A stretch of 62,470 nt of DNA, filler included, from Candidatus Huberarchaeum crystalense (GTDB lineage: Archaea; Huberarchaeota; Huberarchaeia; Huberarchaeales; Huberarchaeaceae): NCBI GenBank assembly GCA_002790315.1. It is 9 parts of 9 records of this genome, joined end to end, with 100 filler letters (N's around TTAATTAATTAA, not from the genome) between each part and the next. Parts side by side here need not be neighbours in the genome. Positions count along the whole stretch, not along the records: positions 39,230 to 42,525 come from PFUW01000031.1; positions 42,626 to 46,360 come from PFUW01000042.1; positions 46,461 to 50,529 come from PFUW01000010.1; positions 50,630 to 58,101 come from PFUW01000026.1; 5 more parts are not named here. One strand, given 5' to 3'. The notes beneath the pieces are model-generated. The model ran no database searches. It was given only the letters and a program-made list of their open reading frames with translations, and was not told where the DNA came from. Each line of letters begins with the position of its first letter. Position 1 is the stretch's first letter. Position numbers and translations under genes: made by a program. This document shows positions 39,453 to 50,867 of this stretch, one piece after another.

Positions 39453-42401
39453 CAAATACATCTATATATACACATATAACATTTTCTAAAAAATGTTTAT
39501 ATAATTTACACGAAGTGTAAAATGTGCATATAAAAGTTTGTAAAACAAACTTTTCTCGTTAATTTCTGCAAAGCTGTTTGTTGGATTGTTAGGTTTATGC
39601 AACGATGAAGGGCGTGGCAAGCTGCGATAAGCTGAGAGAAGGTGCAAGCAACCTATAATTCTCAGATTCCTGAATAAGCATACTTATACTCATTGAGTAT
39701 ATTTCGTAAGAAAAGTCAACGCACAGAATTGAAATATCTTAGTACGTGCAGGAAAAGAAATCAAAAGAGATGCTGTAAGTAAGTAGACTGAAATCAGCAC
39801 AGGGCAAACTGAATCTGAAAAGAGATGTGGTGAGACATAAGGAAAACACAAGAATAATAAACTTGTTTGGAACAACAGATGATACAGGGTGATAATCCCG
39901 TAATTATTTGCGTGTTTTTCTGTCTTAAAGAGTATATTTGGTTTGAATTCCAGATAGAATGGGGGTTATTAACCTCCAACCCTAAAAATTAGCATAAAAC
40001 CGATAGCAAAAAGGTAGCGTGAGCGAAAACTGAAAAGATCTCTTGGTAGAGGGTGAAAAGTACATGAAAGCAAGCAGTGATAGTAAGTCAAAGTATGAAA
40101 GAGAATGTAAAATTCTCAATATTTTGGCGTTCGTTCTGGATAACGAGGCAAGGACTTGGTCTTAGCGGCAAGCTGAAAAGCGTAGCGAAAGCAAGTGTGA
40201 AAGTGCGTTTAGTCGTTAGGGCCTGACCTGAAGCCGGGCGATCTATTCTTGAGTAAGATGAATGGGAGTATATAACTTCCTTGAGGTCTGAAGGTATTTC
40301 TAGGGAGATGCTATAACTTAAGAATAGGAGCAAAATACCAATCGAGCTCGGCGATATCTGGGTCCATCTGAAAGATCCCATAGGATCGTTTTATTGTAGA
40401 ATTATTTTTGTAGAGAAACTGATTGAGTCGCCTCGGAGAGAAATCTCTAGCACTCTGTCAAACTCCGAATAGAATAATTTGTTCAATAGAAAGGAGGCGT
40501 TCGGGATAAACTTGAACACCAAAAGTGGAACAAAACACCCTAAAGTTAAGGTCCCAAAATAGCATCTAAGTGAAAAAGATTTTATTTTTCTAAAACAGCG
40601 AGGATATAAGCTCAGAAGCAGCTATTATCTAAGGAGTGCGTAACAGCTCACTCGTCTAGAAAAATAAAATCGACAACGGGACTAAGGTGCTTACCGATAC
40701 TTTAGTTCTTTTGCTGTAAAGCAATTGAAGATAGGATGGCGTGGTGATGGGGGAGAAGTTGGGTCGTAAGATCCAATAGACCTGTCACTAGTGAAAATCT
40801 TGCCGATAGTAGCAGAAATTAGCGTGAGAATCGCTAAGGTCTTAAGGGATAGGATTTCTTCCCAATGATCATCAAGGAAGAGTTAGTCGGTCTTAAGAAA
40901 AGGCATAATTTGCCGTATCAAAAAGGAAATAGGTTAATATTCCTATACTTGTGCACTACACGCGGCAACGCAAGGTGTAGTTTTGACAAATTAGGCAACC
41001 CTTTTGCAAACGCATTTGATAATACTCTGGAGAGTTGCAATAACGAGAAGGAGTAAAAAATAATGTGGCCTCGCAAGAGGTATAGGGTGCGCCAAGTTTT
41101 CTTAAAAAGAAACTGCGCAAGAATGTGCATAAACCGTACCAAAACCTTTACAGGTTCCCTGGCTGAGAATGCTAAGACCGTCGTGTTAATTTTGCAGAAG
41201 GAAATAAGCAAAATAGTTCTGTATCTTAGGTATAAAGAATGCCCTTGCTTGCGAAAGTGAGGGTCTATGTAAAAAGATCTGCTGGACTGTTTAACAAAAA
41301 CACAGGTGGCTGCTAAGTAGTAATGCTTTGTATAGCCGCCGACGTCTGCCCAGTGGGAGTGTGTTAAAGCTGGTTTCAACCAGCCTAAGCCCTTCTAAAC
41401 GGCGGGATTATTTTTGAGTCTCTTAAGGTAGCGAAATCCATTGTTATTTGATTGATGACATGTCTGAAGACGTAACAAGGTAGATGCTGTCTTCTGCATA
41501 AACGCGGTGAACACACTTTTTCATGTGTAAAAGCTGAAGAATTTCGATGGGACGAGAAGACCCCATGGAGCTCTGCGGCAATCTGATGTTATAAATTGTT
41601 CTTAGGTGTTTAGAATAGGAAGAAAGCTTCGAAGCAATTTCGCTAGAAATTGTAGAGCTGACAGTGTAATACTTCCCACTTAAGAACAGTTTGTTTATCC
41701 AGAAATGGAAACAGCTTTAGATGGGCCGCTCGACTGGGGCGGGAAACTGTTAAAAAGATATCAACAGTGTCCAAAGGTCAGCTTAAGAGGTTTAGAAATC
41801 CTCTGAAAAGTACAAAGGCAAAAGCTGATTTGACAGGATTCTGCATAGTAAGGAATCCTGGGACGAAAGTCCGGCTTAGAGAACGGTATGTGTATATTAA
41901 TAATTGCATACCCTAACAGAAAAGCTACCCTGGGGATAATTAGGCTGTCTTGGGAGAGAGTACATATCGACCCCAAGGATTGCTGTTTCGCCTTCAACTC
42001 TGAGTTTCCTGGCAGTGCAGTAGCTGCCAAGGGTGCGGGTGCTAACCAATTAAAACTCATCGTTAGTCGGGTTCATAACGGCGCGAGCCAGTTAGGTTTC
42101 TATCTGTCGAGATTGTAGTTATCTGAGAGTAACGGAATCATAGTACGAAAGGAACAGATTCTGGACGCCAACTGTGTATTGGTCATCGAAAGGTGTTTTG
42201 CCAAGTAGCAGCGCGTTATATGAATAAGAACTGAAAGCATCTAAGTTCGAAGTCATCCTTAAAAATAGATAACTGAGATCCTTGTAAATGACGAGGTTAA
42301 TAGGACACGAGTGTAAATATTGTAAGATATTAAGCTAAGTGTTACTAAGTTCTCAAATAAATTAACGAGATTTACATATGCAGTATATATAGATGTATTT
42401 G
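39453..42401 (+). repeat. Long-range inverted repeats flanking 23S (processing stem)
   Basis: 39453-39471 pairs perfectly with 42383-42401 (19 bp); 39525-31 with 42376-82; 39554-65 with 42359-70. Confidence 0.85.
39560..42365 (+). rRNA. rrl: 23S rRNA, divergent, not linked to 16S or 5S
   Basis: GATGAAGGGCGTGGCAAGCTGCGATAAGC near the 5' end, GTPase centre AGAAGCAGC..GCGTAACAGCTCA, TAAGGTAGCGAAA, P-loop GACTGGGGCGG, GAGTACATATCGAC, CTGAAAGCATCTAAG. Ends approximate. Confidence 0.97.
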
Positions 42402-42626
42402 TGAAGATGAATTATTTTTACAGAATAAGTAGAGTTGACACTTTTCTTTAATTGCTATTATCTATTTTATCTAAATATGATTAAAGTTTTTTATTGCTTA
42501 CAATACTTATATTGTCATTGTTGTTNNNNNNNNNNNNNNNNNNNNNNNNNNNNNNNNNNNNNNNNNNNNTTAATTAATTAANNNNNNNNNNNNNNNNNNN
42601 NNNNNNNNNNNNNNNNNNNNNNNNNA

Positions 42627-43163
42627 GGACCTAATAATAAAAATATAACAGGATACTCTGTTTCTTTTACTGATATAAAGAAGGGTAAAAAAACTATATA
42701 TTATGTTAAGAATAATAAAACAAATATATTTCCTTTTGAGCATTTTGAGCAGGGAGATGAGCCGGGATATTTAGTACCTACAGAACCTATGTTGGGATTT
42801 CCTGATGGGATAGAAACAAAAGATAAAGAAGGTGGTAACACCTCAGTTTTTTCTCCTGTTATAGAAAAAGGTAGTGACATATCGACACGTACTTATTGTT
42901 ATAGAAGTGGTAGTTGTAAAACAGACTCAGACAAAACACAGGACAAGATAACACCAGACAATACAGGGTTTGGAAATGAAACAACAGGGTATCAGGGACC
43001 TCCAGATAAAAACAATGTAGATATAAATAATTCAAATAGAGAAGGAGGGATAACACTAGACAATACAGAGTTTGGAAATGAAACAACAGGGTATCAGGGA
43101 CCTCCAGATAAAAACAACGTAGATATAAATAATTCAAATAGAGAAGGAGGGATAACACTATAA
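42627..43163 (+). CDS. C-terminal fragment of a probable extracellular protein with a 34-aa (102-bp) duplication
   Basis: Frame open from the contig edge; DNTxFGNETTGYQGPPDKNNVDINNSNREGGITL twice (42956, 43058). Confidence 0.65.
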   Translation, partial: GPNNKNITGYSVSFTDIKKGKKTIYYVKNNKTNIFPFEHFEQGDEPGYLVPTEPMLGFPDGIETKDKEGGNTSVFSPVIEKGSDISTRTYCYRSGSCKTDSDKTQDKITPDNTGFGNETTGYQGPPDKNNVDINNSNREGGITLDNTEFGNETTGYQGPPDKNNVDINNSNREGGITL

Positions 43164-43171
43164 AAGTAAAA

Positions 43172-46100
43172 ATGGCTGAAGAAAAATTTTTAAAAAATTT
43201 CGTGCTTTTTGTGGCTTGCTTGTTAGTTTTAGCTTTTTTTTCACAGGCAGCAAGTGCATATTACAATACTACAAATTATTTTATTGATGCTAACACAAAT
43301 CAATCAATAAATAATGTGACAATTATTGTTTATAACTGTTCAAATATAAATTGTAGTGTTCTTGGTAATAAGCTACTAGATAGAAATATAAATAACGGTT
43401 TTCAAATAAACTATTCATTTAATAATATACCTTATGGTTATGCAGTTTATCTTATAAAAGAAGGTTATTTACCTCTAGGAATAAATGGAAAAAATAGAAC
43501 AGATGGAACATATACTACAACCCCTATTTTATTTAAAGAATATTATAAAGAACAATATGTTGGTAATGTTAATGGAACTTTTTACAAAACTTTTGATACT
43601 TGCGCATCTCCTATTCAAAATAATTATATAATTCTTTCAAACACAAGTCCATCAATAGGACAATCGATTCAAATAAATGCAACTATTAAAAGCGCGCGCA
43701 CAGACACAACCCCCCGTTATCCAGAACCACCAGAACTTTTTTCATATTACTCAGCACCAGTCAATGTAACCCTAAACATTAAAAATTCAACAGGCAACAT
43801 TATTTACACAAATCAAACAACAACATCACCAATTTACCAAGACACTAACCTAACAATCTCATTTAATTATGTTATCCCTTCAACTGCTGCTCCAGGAACT
43901 TACACAGCAGAAATTGTGACTTTACCTATTGATTCTGCTTGTTTAACTCCGCAAACAAGAACAGCCAGCACAACTTTTACAATTCAAAGTGTTTGTGGAG
44001 ATAGTATTTGTAGTAGTGATGAGACAACTTTAACTTGCCCTGCTGATTGTGGATGCCCAAATAATCAAATCTTTGTCAACGGAGTTTGTGTTGATAATTG
44101 CATTGATGCTGATGGCGATGGTTATGGTGTTTGTCCAAATTGTAACACAACAAGCGGATGCACTTATGATGGAAACGATTGCGATGATAACAATGCAAGC
44201 ATTCATCCAGGAGCAACAGAAATCTGCAATGGGGTAGATGACAACTGCAATGGTCAAATAGATGAAAACCTAGCTCAAATATGCACAGCACCAAACAATT
44301 GCATAGGAACACAAACATGCACAGTAGGAAAATGGTCAAATTGCATAACAACACTCAACAACTGTGACACAAACTGCGATGGCATAAATGACATCTGCCA
44401 AGAAAATGCGTGCACACTATGCAACTGCACAACAGGACAAACACAAAATTGCCCACTACAACAAGGAGTTTGCGCAGGAGCACAACAAACATGCACACAA
44501 GGAGTATGGGGTATTTGTGATTATGGATCTAAGTATAATGAAACAGAGATTTGCGGCGACAATTTAGATAATAACTGTAATGGTGAAATTGACGAAAGAT
44601 GTATTTCTGCTAAAATTGAATCAATAGCAATTACTCCCGCTATTTCTATTTGTAAGGGTATATCTCCTGAAATTCAGATTTGCATAAGAAATACTGGAAT
44701 AGGGCAAGATTGGTTTAGTATAGGTCTTACTTTATATTCTCCAAATAACCTATCTGCAAAAATAGATATTCAATCCCAAATTATTGAAAATGTTAACTCA
44801 AATGTTGTTTGCAAATCTTTTACAAGTCAAAATGCTGATTTTTTGATATATAATAGTGAAAATCCAAATTATCAAAATAATAGTATTGTTGATTTTAATG
44901 AAATTGGAACTTGGAAATATGTTATAAAGTTGTGGCCACAAGATCCAGAAAACAATCCAGACCAAGTTCATCTTGACAACGCAACAGAAAGCATATTTTA
45001 TAAATGGGACAATAGCTGCCTTGGTTTTTGCCAAAATGAGTGTGCTGATAAAGGAACAAAAGCATGTGGACTTGAAAATGGACAACCAATAATTTTGGAA
45101 TGTCAAGCAGACAACAAGGGCTGTTTAACTTATGTTAAAATTCAAAACTGCTCGCAACTCCAATGTGATTCTGCACAAACAGAAAATAGTTGCTCTGGAA
45201 CTAACTTTACAAGTATAATTACCCCCACATTTCCCGCTTGCAGGGCTGCAAATATTTTAATTAGTGAAACAAATCCACAACTCATACTTGAAGTTGATGC
45301 TTCCTTATCAGCTTGTTTTTGCACAACAGGAGCTCCCCAAACAACAATTATTCATTGCGATGATGGTTTATTTTGCAATGGCCAAGAAACATGCGATTCA
45401 ACAAAAGGATGTCAAGCAAATAATACTCCTGTATGTAGTGAAGGTTATATATGCAATGAAACCTCAGATTCTTGTGTACAAATAGGAGAATGTGTTTCTG
45501 ATAGTGATTGTATATCTATGAGTAACTCTTGCAACACAGGAATTTGCAACCAAACAATATGGCGATGTCAAGCAAATCCAAAACCAGCAGGAACAACATG
45601 CAATGATGGCTTATTCTGCACAATAAATGATACTTGCAACAGTGAAGGAATATGTACAGGAACACAAAGAGACTGCTCAGATAACATTGACTGCACAGTT
45701 GATATTTGCAATGAAAGTATGGGTTCTTGCATTAACACAGAAAATAACTCTTTATGCAGCGCAGGACAAGTTTGTGACAAATCCCGAGGTGGATGTGTTT
45801 GCATTCCTCACTCATCGCAAAAATGCATTGAAAATGTTATTTATTGGTTTAACTCTTGCGAAACACAGGAAACTTTAAACAAAACTTGTCAAGGACCTTA
45901 TTGCAATAACTGGGGCGCAAATTACTGCAAAAATAATAATATTTATCAAAATAGAACTTGCTTTGCAGGCCAGCAATGTACTGAAAGTGAAAACACCGCT
46001 CATTGTGTGAGCTTGTCTGCAACAGATTTTGAAGAACAAAAATTGCAAGTTTGTAAATATGGTTGTTTGAATGGCGAGTGTCTTGCTTGTGTTGTCAATT

Positions 46101-46360
46101 TAACAAACACAAGTTGGACCTTAATTTCAAGTTCAGCTTGTTTGTGTAGTAATCTAATTGAGCACAATTACACAAGAACGCAATATGACAGCAACTTTTG
46201 TAATATAGTGGAAAATCAGACATTTGCAAAGACAAATTACACATTCTGTGATTTCTGCACTCCGAACATGACAAACACATCATGGAGTGAATGGTACAAC
46301 ATAACAACATGCAATTCATCTGATCAATTAATTCAGCAAAGAAACCGCACTGAATATGAT
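43172..46360 (+). CDS. Giant secreted Cys-rich protein; 3' end in gap
   Basis: Signal peptide, Ig-like segments, DADGDGYG, DCDDNNASIHPGATEICNGVDDNCNGQIDE, CDDGLFCNG and CNDGLFCT repeats. Confidence 0.85.
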
Positions 46361-46724
46361 NNNNNNNNNNNNNNNNNNNNNNNNNNNNNNNNNNNNNNNN
46401 NNNNTTAATTAATTAANNNNNNNNNNNNNNNNNNNNNNNNNNNNNNNNNNNNNNNNNNNNTACTTAATAATTTTTGGTTTATTTGGAAGAGTTTATGCCC
46501 AGAGCCAAAGCAATAAATAAAACATATTTATGAGTGGATATGATTGATGATAAATTGACTGGTTTTAACTATATGTAGTATATTAACTAATTTTTAATAT
46601 TTGTTTCTTTAATAAAGGTTTGCTTTTATTTTTTATGTTAGCTTGTTTAATTTTACAAATGTCAAAGCAAAGAAATTATTTTTAACTTAATATTATCCTG
46701 TTTTTTGCTCTAAAATAATTTAAG

Positions 46725-48065
46725 ATGACTTTTATCAAAAATTTTGAATATGTGCTTGGTAGAGATAAGAAAGAAATAAATAAATTTGGAAAAATTGGTT
46801 GTGGGTATTTAGGTAAGACGATTGTGCAGATGGGCGCGACATTTTCTTTGACTAACAATATTTATATGGATTTGGCAAAACCACATATTGTTTTGGTTTG
46901 TGGAAAGCGTGGAACAGGAAAATCATATACTCTATCTGTCATCGCAGAAGAAATTACTTTGTTTTCTAAGCAAATAGGAAAAAATATTGCAGGAGTAATG
47001 TTTGACACTATGGGGATTTTTTGGAGTATGCTATATCCAAATTATCAAGATGCAGATCTTGTCAAAAGTTCGGGGTTGCAGCCACAAGGAGTGCCTGTTA
47101 ATATCTTTATAAACGAGAAATCTATTGAAAAATACAATAGCTTAGGTATTAAATATAAAGGACTTATAAAACTTGCAGTAGGCGAGCTTAGTGTAGTTGA
47201 TTGGGCATTAATTTTTAGGTTAGATATAAATTCAGAAGAAGGTATTTTACTTCAAAAGGTTTTAGCAAATATTATTGACAAAAAAAAGGAATTTGATTTA
47301 GATAATATTATTGCAGCTATTGAAAAAACAAAAGCAAATGAAAAGGCAAAACTATTATTAGCAAACTTATTTGAAGGAGCAAAGGGGTGGGGGCTGTTTG
47401 ATAGCAAAGGCACGCCGATTGATCAAATAGTTTTGCCTGGAGAAGTGGCTATTGTTGATGTTAGCACATTTGAGTTTTTATATGGTTGGAGTGTGCGCGC
47501 TTTGGTTATTGGATTAATCTTACGAAAAATTTTTGATGCGAGAGTAACTGCGCGCAAAATCGACGAAAGTGAGCAAATGAGTCATTATATTCCAAATGTA
47601 AAGCCGCCGACAATGGAAAAGTTCAAATATTTGCCTCAGGTTGTGGCTCTGATTGATGAAGTGCACGAATTTATTGCTTCTGATACTGAAACACCTGCAA
47701 CAAAACCGCTTTTGCAATGGATTAGAGAAGGAAGGCAGCCAGGTTTAACTTTAATTATGGCTACACAAGAGCCAGGAATTTTGTCACCAACAGTACTATC
47801 ACAGGTTGATATTGTTATCTCGCATCTTTTGACATCTAAAAAAGACATTGAAGCATTGCGCAGTGTTGCACAAACATATATGCATTATGACATTGCAGAA
47901 TATTTTTCAACACTGCCAAGAGTAAAAGGTGTTTGCTTGATTCTTGATGATAACTCTGAAAAGCTTTACACGCTTCGCGTCAGACCAAAATTAAGCTGGC
48001 ACGCAGGAGCATCACCAAATATTTTAGATAAAGAAATAAATAAAGATAAATTTATATATAAATAA
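46725..48065 (+). CDS. HerA/FtsK/VirB4-superfamily ATPase (DUF87-like)
   Basis: Walker A GKRGTGKS, FDTMG, Walker B LIDEVHEF, REGRQPG, ATQEP. Confidence 0.88.
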   Translation: MTFIKNFEYVLGRDKKEINKFGKIGCGYLGKTIVQMGATFSLTNNIYMDLAKPHIVLVCGKRGTGKSYTLSVIAEEITLFSKQIGKNIAGVMFDTMGIFWSMLYPNYQDADLVKSSGLQPQGVPVNIFINEKSIEKYNSLGIKYKGLIKLAVGELSVVDWALIFRLDINSEEGILLQKVLANIIDKKKEFDLDNIIAAIEKTKANEKAKLLLANLFEGAKGWGLFDSKGTPIDQIVLPGEVAIVDVSTFEFLYGWSVRALVIGLILRKIFDARVTARKIDESEQMSHYIPNVKPPTMEKFKYLPQVVALIDEVHEFIASDTETPATKPLLQWIREGRQPGLTLIMATQEPGILSPTVLSQVDIVISHLLTSKKDIEALRSVAQTYMHYDIAEYFSTLPRVKGVCLILDDNSEKLYTLRVRPKLSWHAGASPNILDKEINKDKFIYK

Positions 48066-48100
48066 AATGCTGTTTAGTGAATGTAAATAAATATGTTCTA

Positions 48101-48199
48101 TTTTTATATTTATAATTTATTCTAATCACTTCAAATCTATTGTTAGAATTTTTATATTTATAATTTATTCTAATCACTTCAAATCTATTGTTAGAATTT
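48101..48199. repeat. 48-bp tandem duplication
   Basis: TTTTTATATTTATAATTTATTCTAATCACTTCAAATCTATTGTTAGAA at 48101 and 48149. Confidence 0.93.
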
Positions 48200-48300
48200 A
48201 GATTTATTATTTTTAGCAAGGGTGTTTTATTTAATTTATCGCGCGCTTTTGCAAACCAAGTATTTGGTTAAATATATATTTGCAAAATCACAAAAATTTT

Positions 48301-49593
48301 ATGACTAAAATTCGAAGTTTTTTCATCAAAACATATGGTTGCAGCCACAATATTTCTGATTCTGAGCGAATGGTTTCTTTGTTTTTGAACGCTGGCTATA
48401 ACCATGCTAATTCTGAAAAATCAGCAGACCTACTTATTGTCAATACTTGTGTTGTAAAAATACCAACAGAGCAGAAGATTTTGAGTTATTTGCGCGAAAT
48501 TGAAAAACTTAAAAAGCCAATAATTGTCGCTGGATGCATGCCCCAAAGCAATAGAGAAAAAGTTAGCAAGGAGTTGAAAAATTTTTCAATGATTGGAACA
48601 AATACTATTAATAAAATAGTTGAAGTTGCTGAAAAAGCATTGGTTGGCAAAAGGGTTGTTGTTATTAGCAATGAAAAAGAAGCATACAAATCAGCAGATT
48701 TTCAAAATAATCCTTTTGTTAAAATAATTCCGATTAGTTCTGGTTGTTATGAATCTTGCACATATTGTAAAACAAAGTTTAGCCGCGCACACTTAAAATC
48801 GCGCAAAATTAAAGATATTGTATCTGAAATCAAACAATTTTTAAAAAAAGGCATTTACGAATTTTGGCTTACATCAGAAGATTGCGGCGCTTATGGCCAA
48901 GACCTTAGGGTTAATATTTTGGATTTATTAAAGTGTGTTGAAAAAATAAAAGGGAATTTTAAAGTAAGATTAGGAATGGCAAATCCTAAGCATATTTACT
49001 TGTTGCGCGCTCAAATTGCTGACTTTTTCAGCCATACTCAAAAATTTTACAAATTTCTTCACATTCCAGTGCAATCTGGAAACAACAATATTTTAAAAGC
49101 AATGAACCGAAAATATTCTGTTGAAGAATTTAGTGAATTGATAAAAATTTTGCGGCTAAAAAATCCAGATTTAACACTCTCTACTGATATTATTTGCGGT
49201 TTTCCAGGCGAGACAAATGAGCAATTTTTGGATTCTATTAACCTAGTTAAAGACCTATTATTTGATGTTTTGAATATTTCGAGATTTTGGCCTATGCAAG
49301 GAACATTAGCTGCAAAAATGCCAAACCAAATCAATGATATTATAAAAGCAAAACATTCAAAACTAGCGCGCACTTCATTTGAAAAATTCGCTTTGATTAG
49401 AAATAAAATTTGGAAAAATTGGACTGGCAAGATTTTTGTTGATGAAAAAAAAGCCAGATGTGTTTTTGTTGGAAGAAACTATGCATATAAACCAATTGTT
49501 GTTTATAGTAAGAAAAATCTGCTTGGAAAAACCATAAATGTAAAAATTAGTGAAATTAATCCTTTGTTTTTAAAAGCCCAAATTCTCAATTAA
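48301..49593 (+). CDS. mtaB: tRNA t6A37 methylthiotransferase (archaeal MtaB/CDKAL1 type)
   Basis: TYGCSHN, NTCVVK, AGCMP, GCYESCTYC, SEDCGAYG, HIPVQSG, TDIICGFPGE, TRAM domain. Confidence 0.92.
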   Translation: MTKIRSFFIKTYGCSHNISDSERMVSLFLNAGYNHANSEKSADLLIVNTCVVKIPTEQKILSYLREIEKLKKPIIVAGCMPQSNREKVSKELKNFSMIGTNTINKIVEVAEKALVGKRVVVISNEKEAYKSADFQNNPFVKIIPISSGCYESCTYCKTKFSRAHLKSRKIKDIVSEIKQFLKKGIYEFWLTSEDCGAYGQDLRVNILDLLKCVEKIKGNFKVRLGMANPKHIYLLRAQIADFFSHTQKFYKFLHIPVQSGNNNILKAMNRKYSVEEFSELIKILRLKNPDLTLSTDIICGFPGETNEQFLDSINLVKDLLFDVLNISRFWPMQGTLAAKMPNQINDIIKAKHSKLARTSFEKFALIRNKIWKNWTGKIFVDEKKARCVFVGRNYAYKPIVVYSKKNLLGKTINVKISEINPLFLKAQILN

Positions 49594-49654
49594 AAATTAT
49601 TGGTGAAATTAAATCCCTTGTCTCTAAAAGCCCAAATTCTCAATTAAAAAGATT

Positions 49655-50074
49655 ATGACTGAAAAAACCGAGCAACAAAAAGAGCAAAAATATAAAAAAA
49701 TTGCGCTTGTTCTTATCTCATTATTAATTATAGTAACTTGCTTTATTATCCTTTTTCCACAAAAATCTCCACTACCGCAAGATTTAGAGCAACAAGCAAC
49801 AGCATTTCTTCTTGAAAAATATAAGCCTGGCTCTTGCTATGGAATGCCTAGAGTGATTCATAAAGGTGAGACTTTGCCAAAGCCAAAAATCGAGATATCT
49901 GATCATTGCATAACTATGGGTAGAACTTGCGCGCCTTTTGAATATATTTTTGATTATGAAATTTGGGACGGACATTGTTGCAGCATCATAATTTACAAAG
50001 GTGTTTTAACTTATTTAGATGGAAATTTTACTGATAATTTAATTTCAAACAAAACAGAGAATGTGCCATGCTAA
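49655..50074 (+). CDS. Membrane-anchored Cys-containing hypothetical protein
   Basis: N-terminal TM, CYGMP, GHCC, terminal VPC. Confidence 0.7.
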   Translation: MTEKTEQQKEQKYKKIALVLISLLIIVTCFIILFPQKSPLPQDLEQQATAFLLEKYKPGSCYGMPRVIHKGETLPKPKIEISDHCITMGRTCAPFEYIFDYEIWDGHCCSIIIYKGVLTYLDGNFTDNLISNKTENVPC

Positions 50075-50529
50075 TGAAAAAACAAATATTGTTCTTTGGA
50101 ATTTTTGCATTGTTTTTTGTTTTTGCAGTTCAGGCTGCAAATGTTCAAAGCCAAGATATAAATAGTGCTGATGAGTTAAAAAGTTATATTGTTGTGGTTG
50201 AGACAAAAAACTACACAAAAGTTATGTCTGTTTTGAATAATGAGACGCAAAACAATGTTGGCATTCAACAAATTTCATCAATATCTCAACCAAAAGCAAT
50301 TTCAATGCTTTCTGATCTGAAAAAAAAGCCAAACCAGCAGATCAAACAATTAGATATTATTCACGGTTTTGCGGCAAAAATGAGTGCGCGCAAAGCAGAG
50401 GATTTAAGGCAGCAAGGATATAAAGTTTATCTTGACAGAGTTTTCCACATCTTGCTTCAAAACAGCACAATTCAAGTTGGAGCAAATGATGCGTGGCTGA
50501 TGATGAACACAAGTGGCTCAAACCTAACA
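50068..50529 (+). CDS. Probable subtilisin-like (S8) protease, N-terminal part only
   Basis: Signal peptide, I9-like propeptide (SYIVV...IIHGFAAKM...VYLDRVFH), LQNSTIQVGANDAW..NLT. Catalytic domain is in the gap. Confidence 0.7.
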
Positions 50530-50867
50530 NNNNNNNNNNNNNNNNNNNNNNNNNNNNNNNNNNNNNNNNNNNNTTAATTAATTAANNNNNNNNNNNNNNN
50601 NNNNNNNNNNNNNNNNNNNNNNNNNNNNNTTGCAAACTTTATAAATCTCCTGCCTTACAGGGGATTTAATACAGAAAAGTAAAAACTCTTCTATAATGTC
50701 TTTTAGCAAGGTAGTTTAAAAAGGGCGCGCAATTTAGAGATGCATTACGAAAACAGCATCATTTTTAGATAAATTATGCTAATATTTACATTTAAAAACA
50801 TCATATTTTGAATCCAAAACAAAAACATATCTTTGCATTTCTTTTTAAAAACTGCAAAAAACACAAA

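Noticed and set aside
39690-42118. Short ORFs in the ORF track inside the rRNA; possible intron or homing endonuclease
   Set aside because: They overlap conserved 23S sequence. The gene is about 2.8 kb, with no insertion or LAGLIDADG ORF visible.
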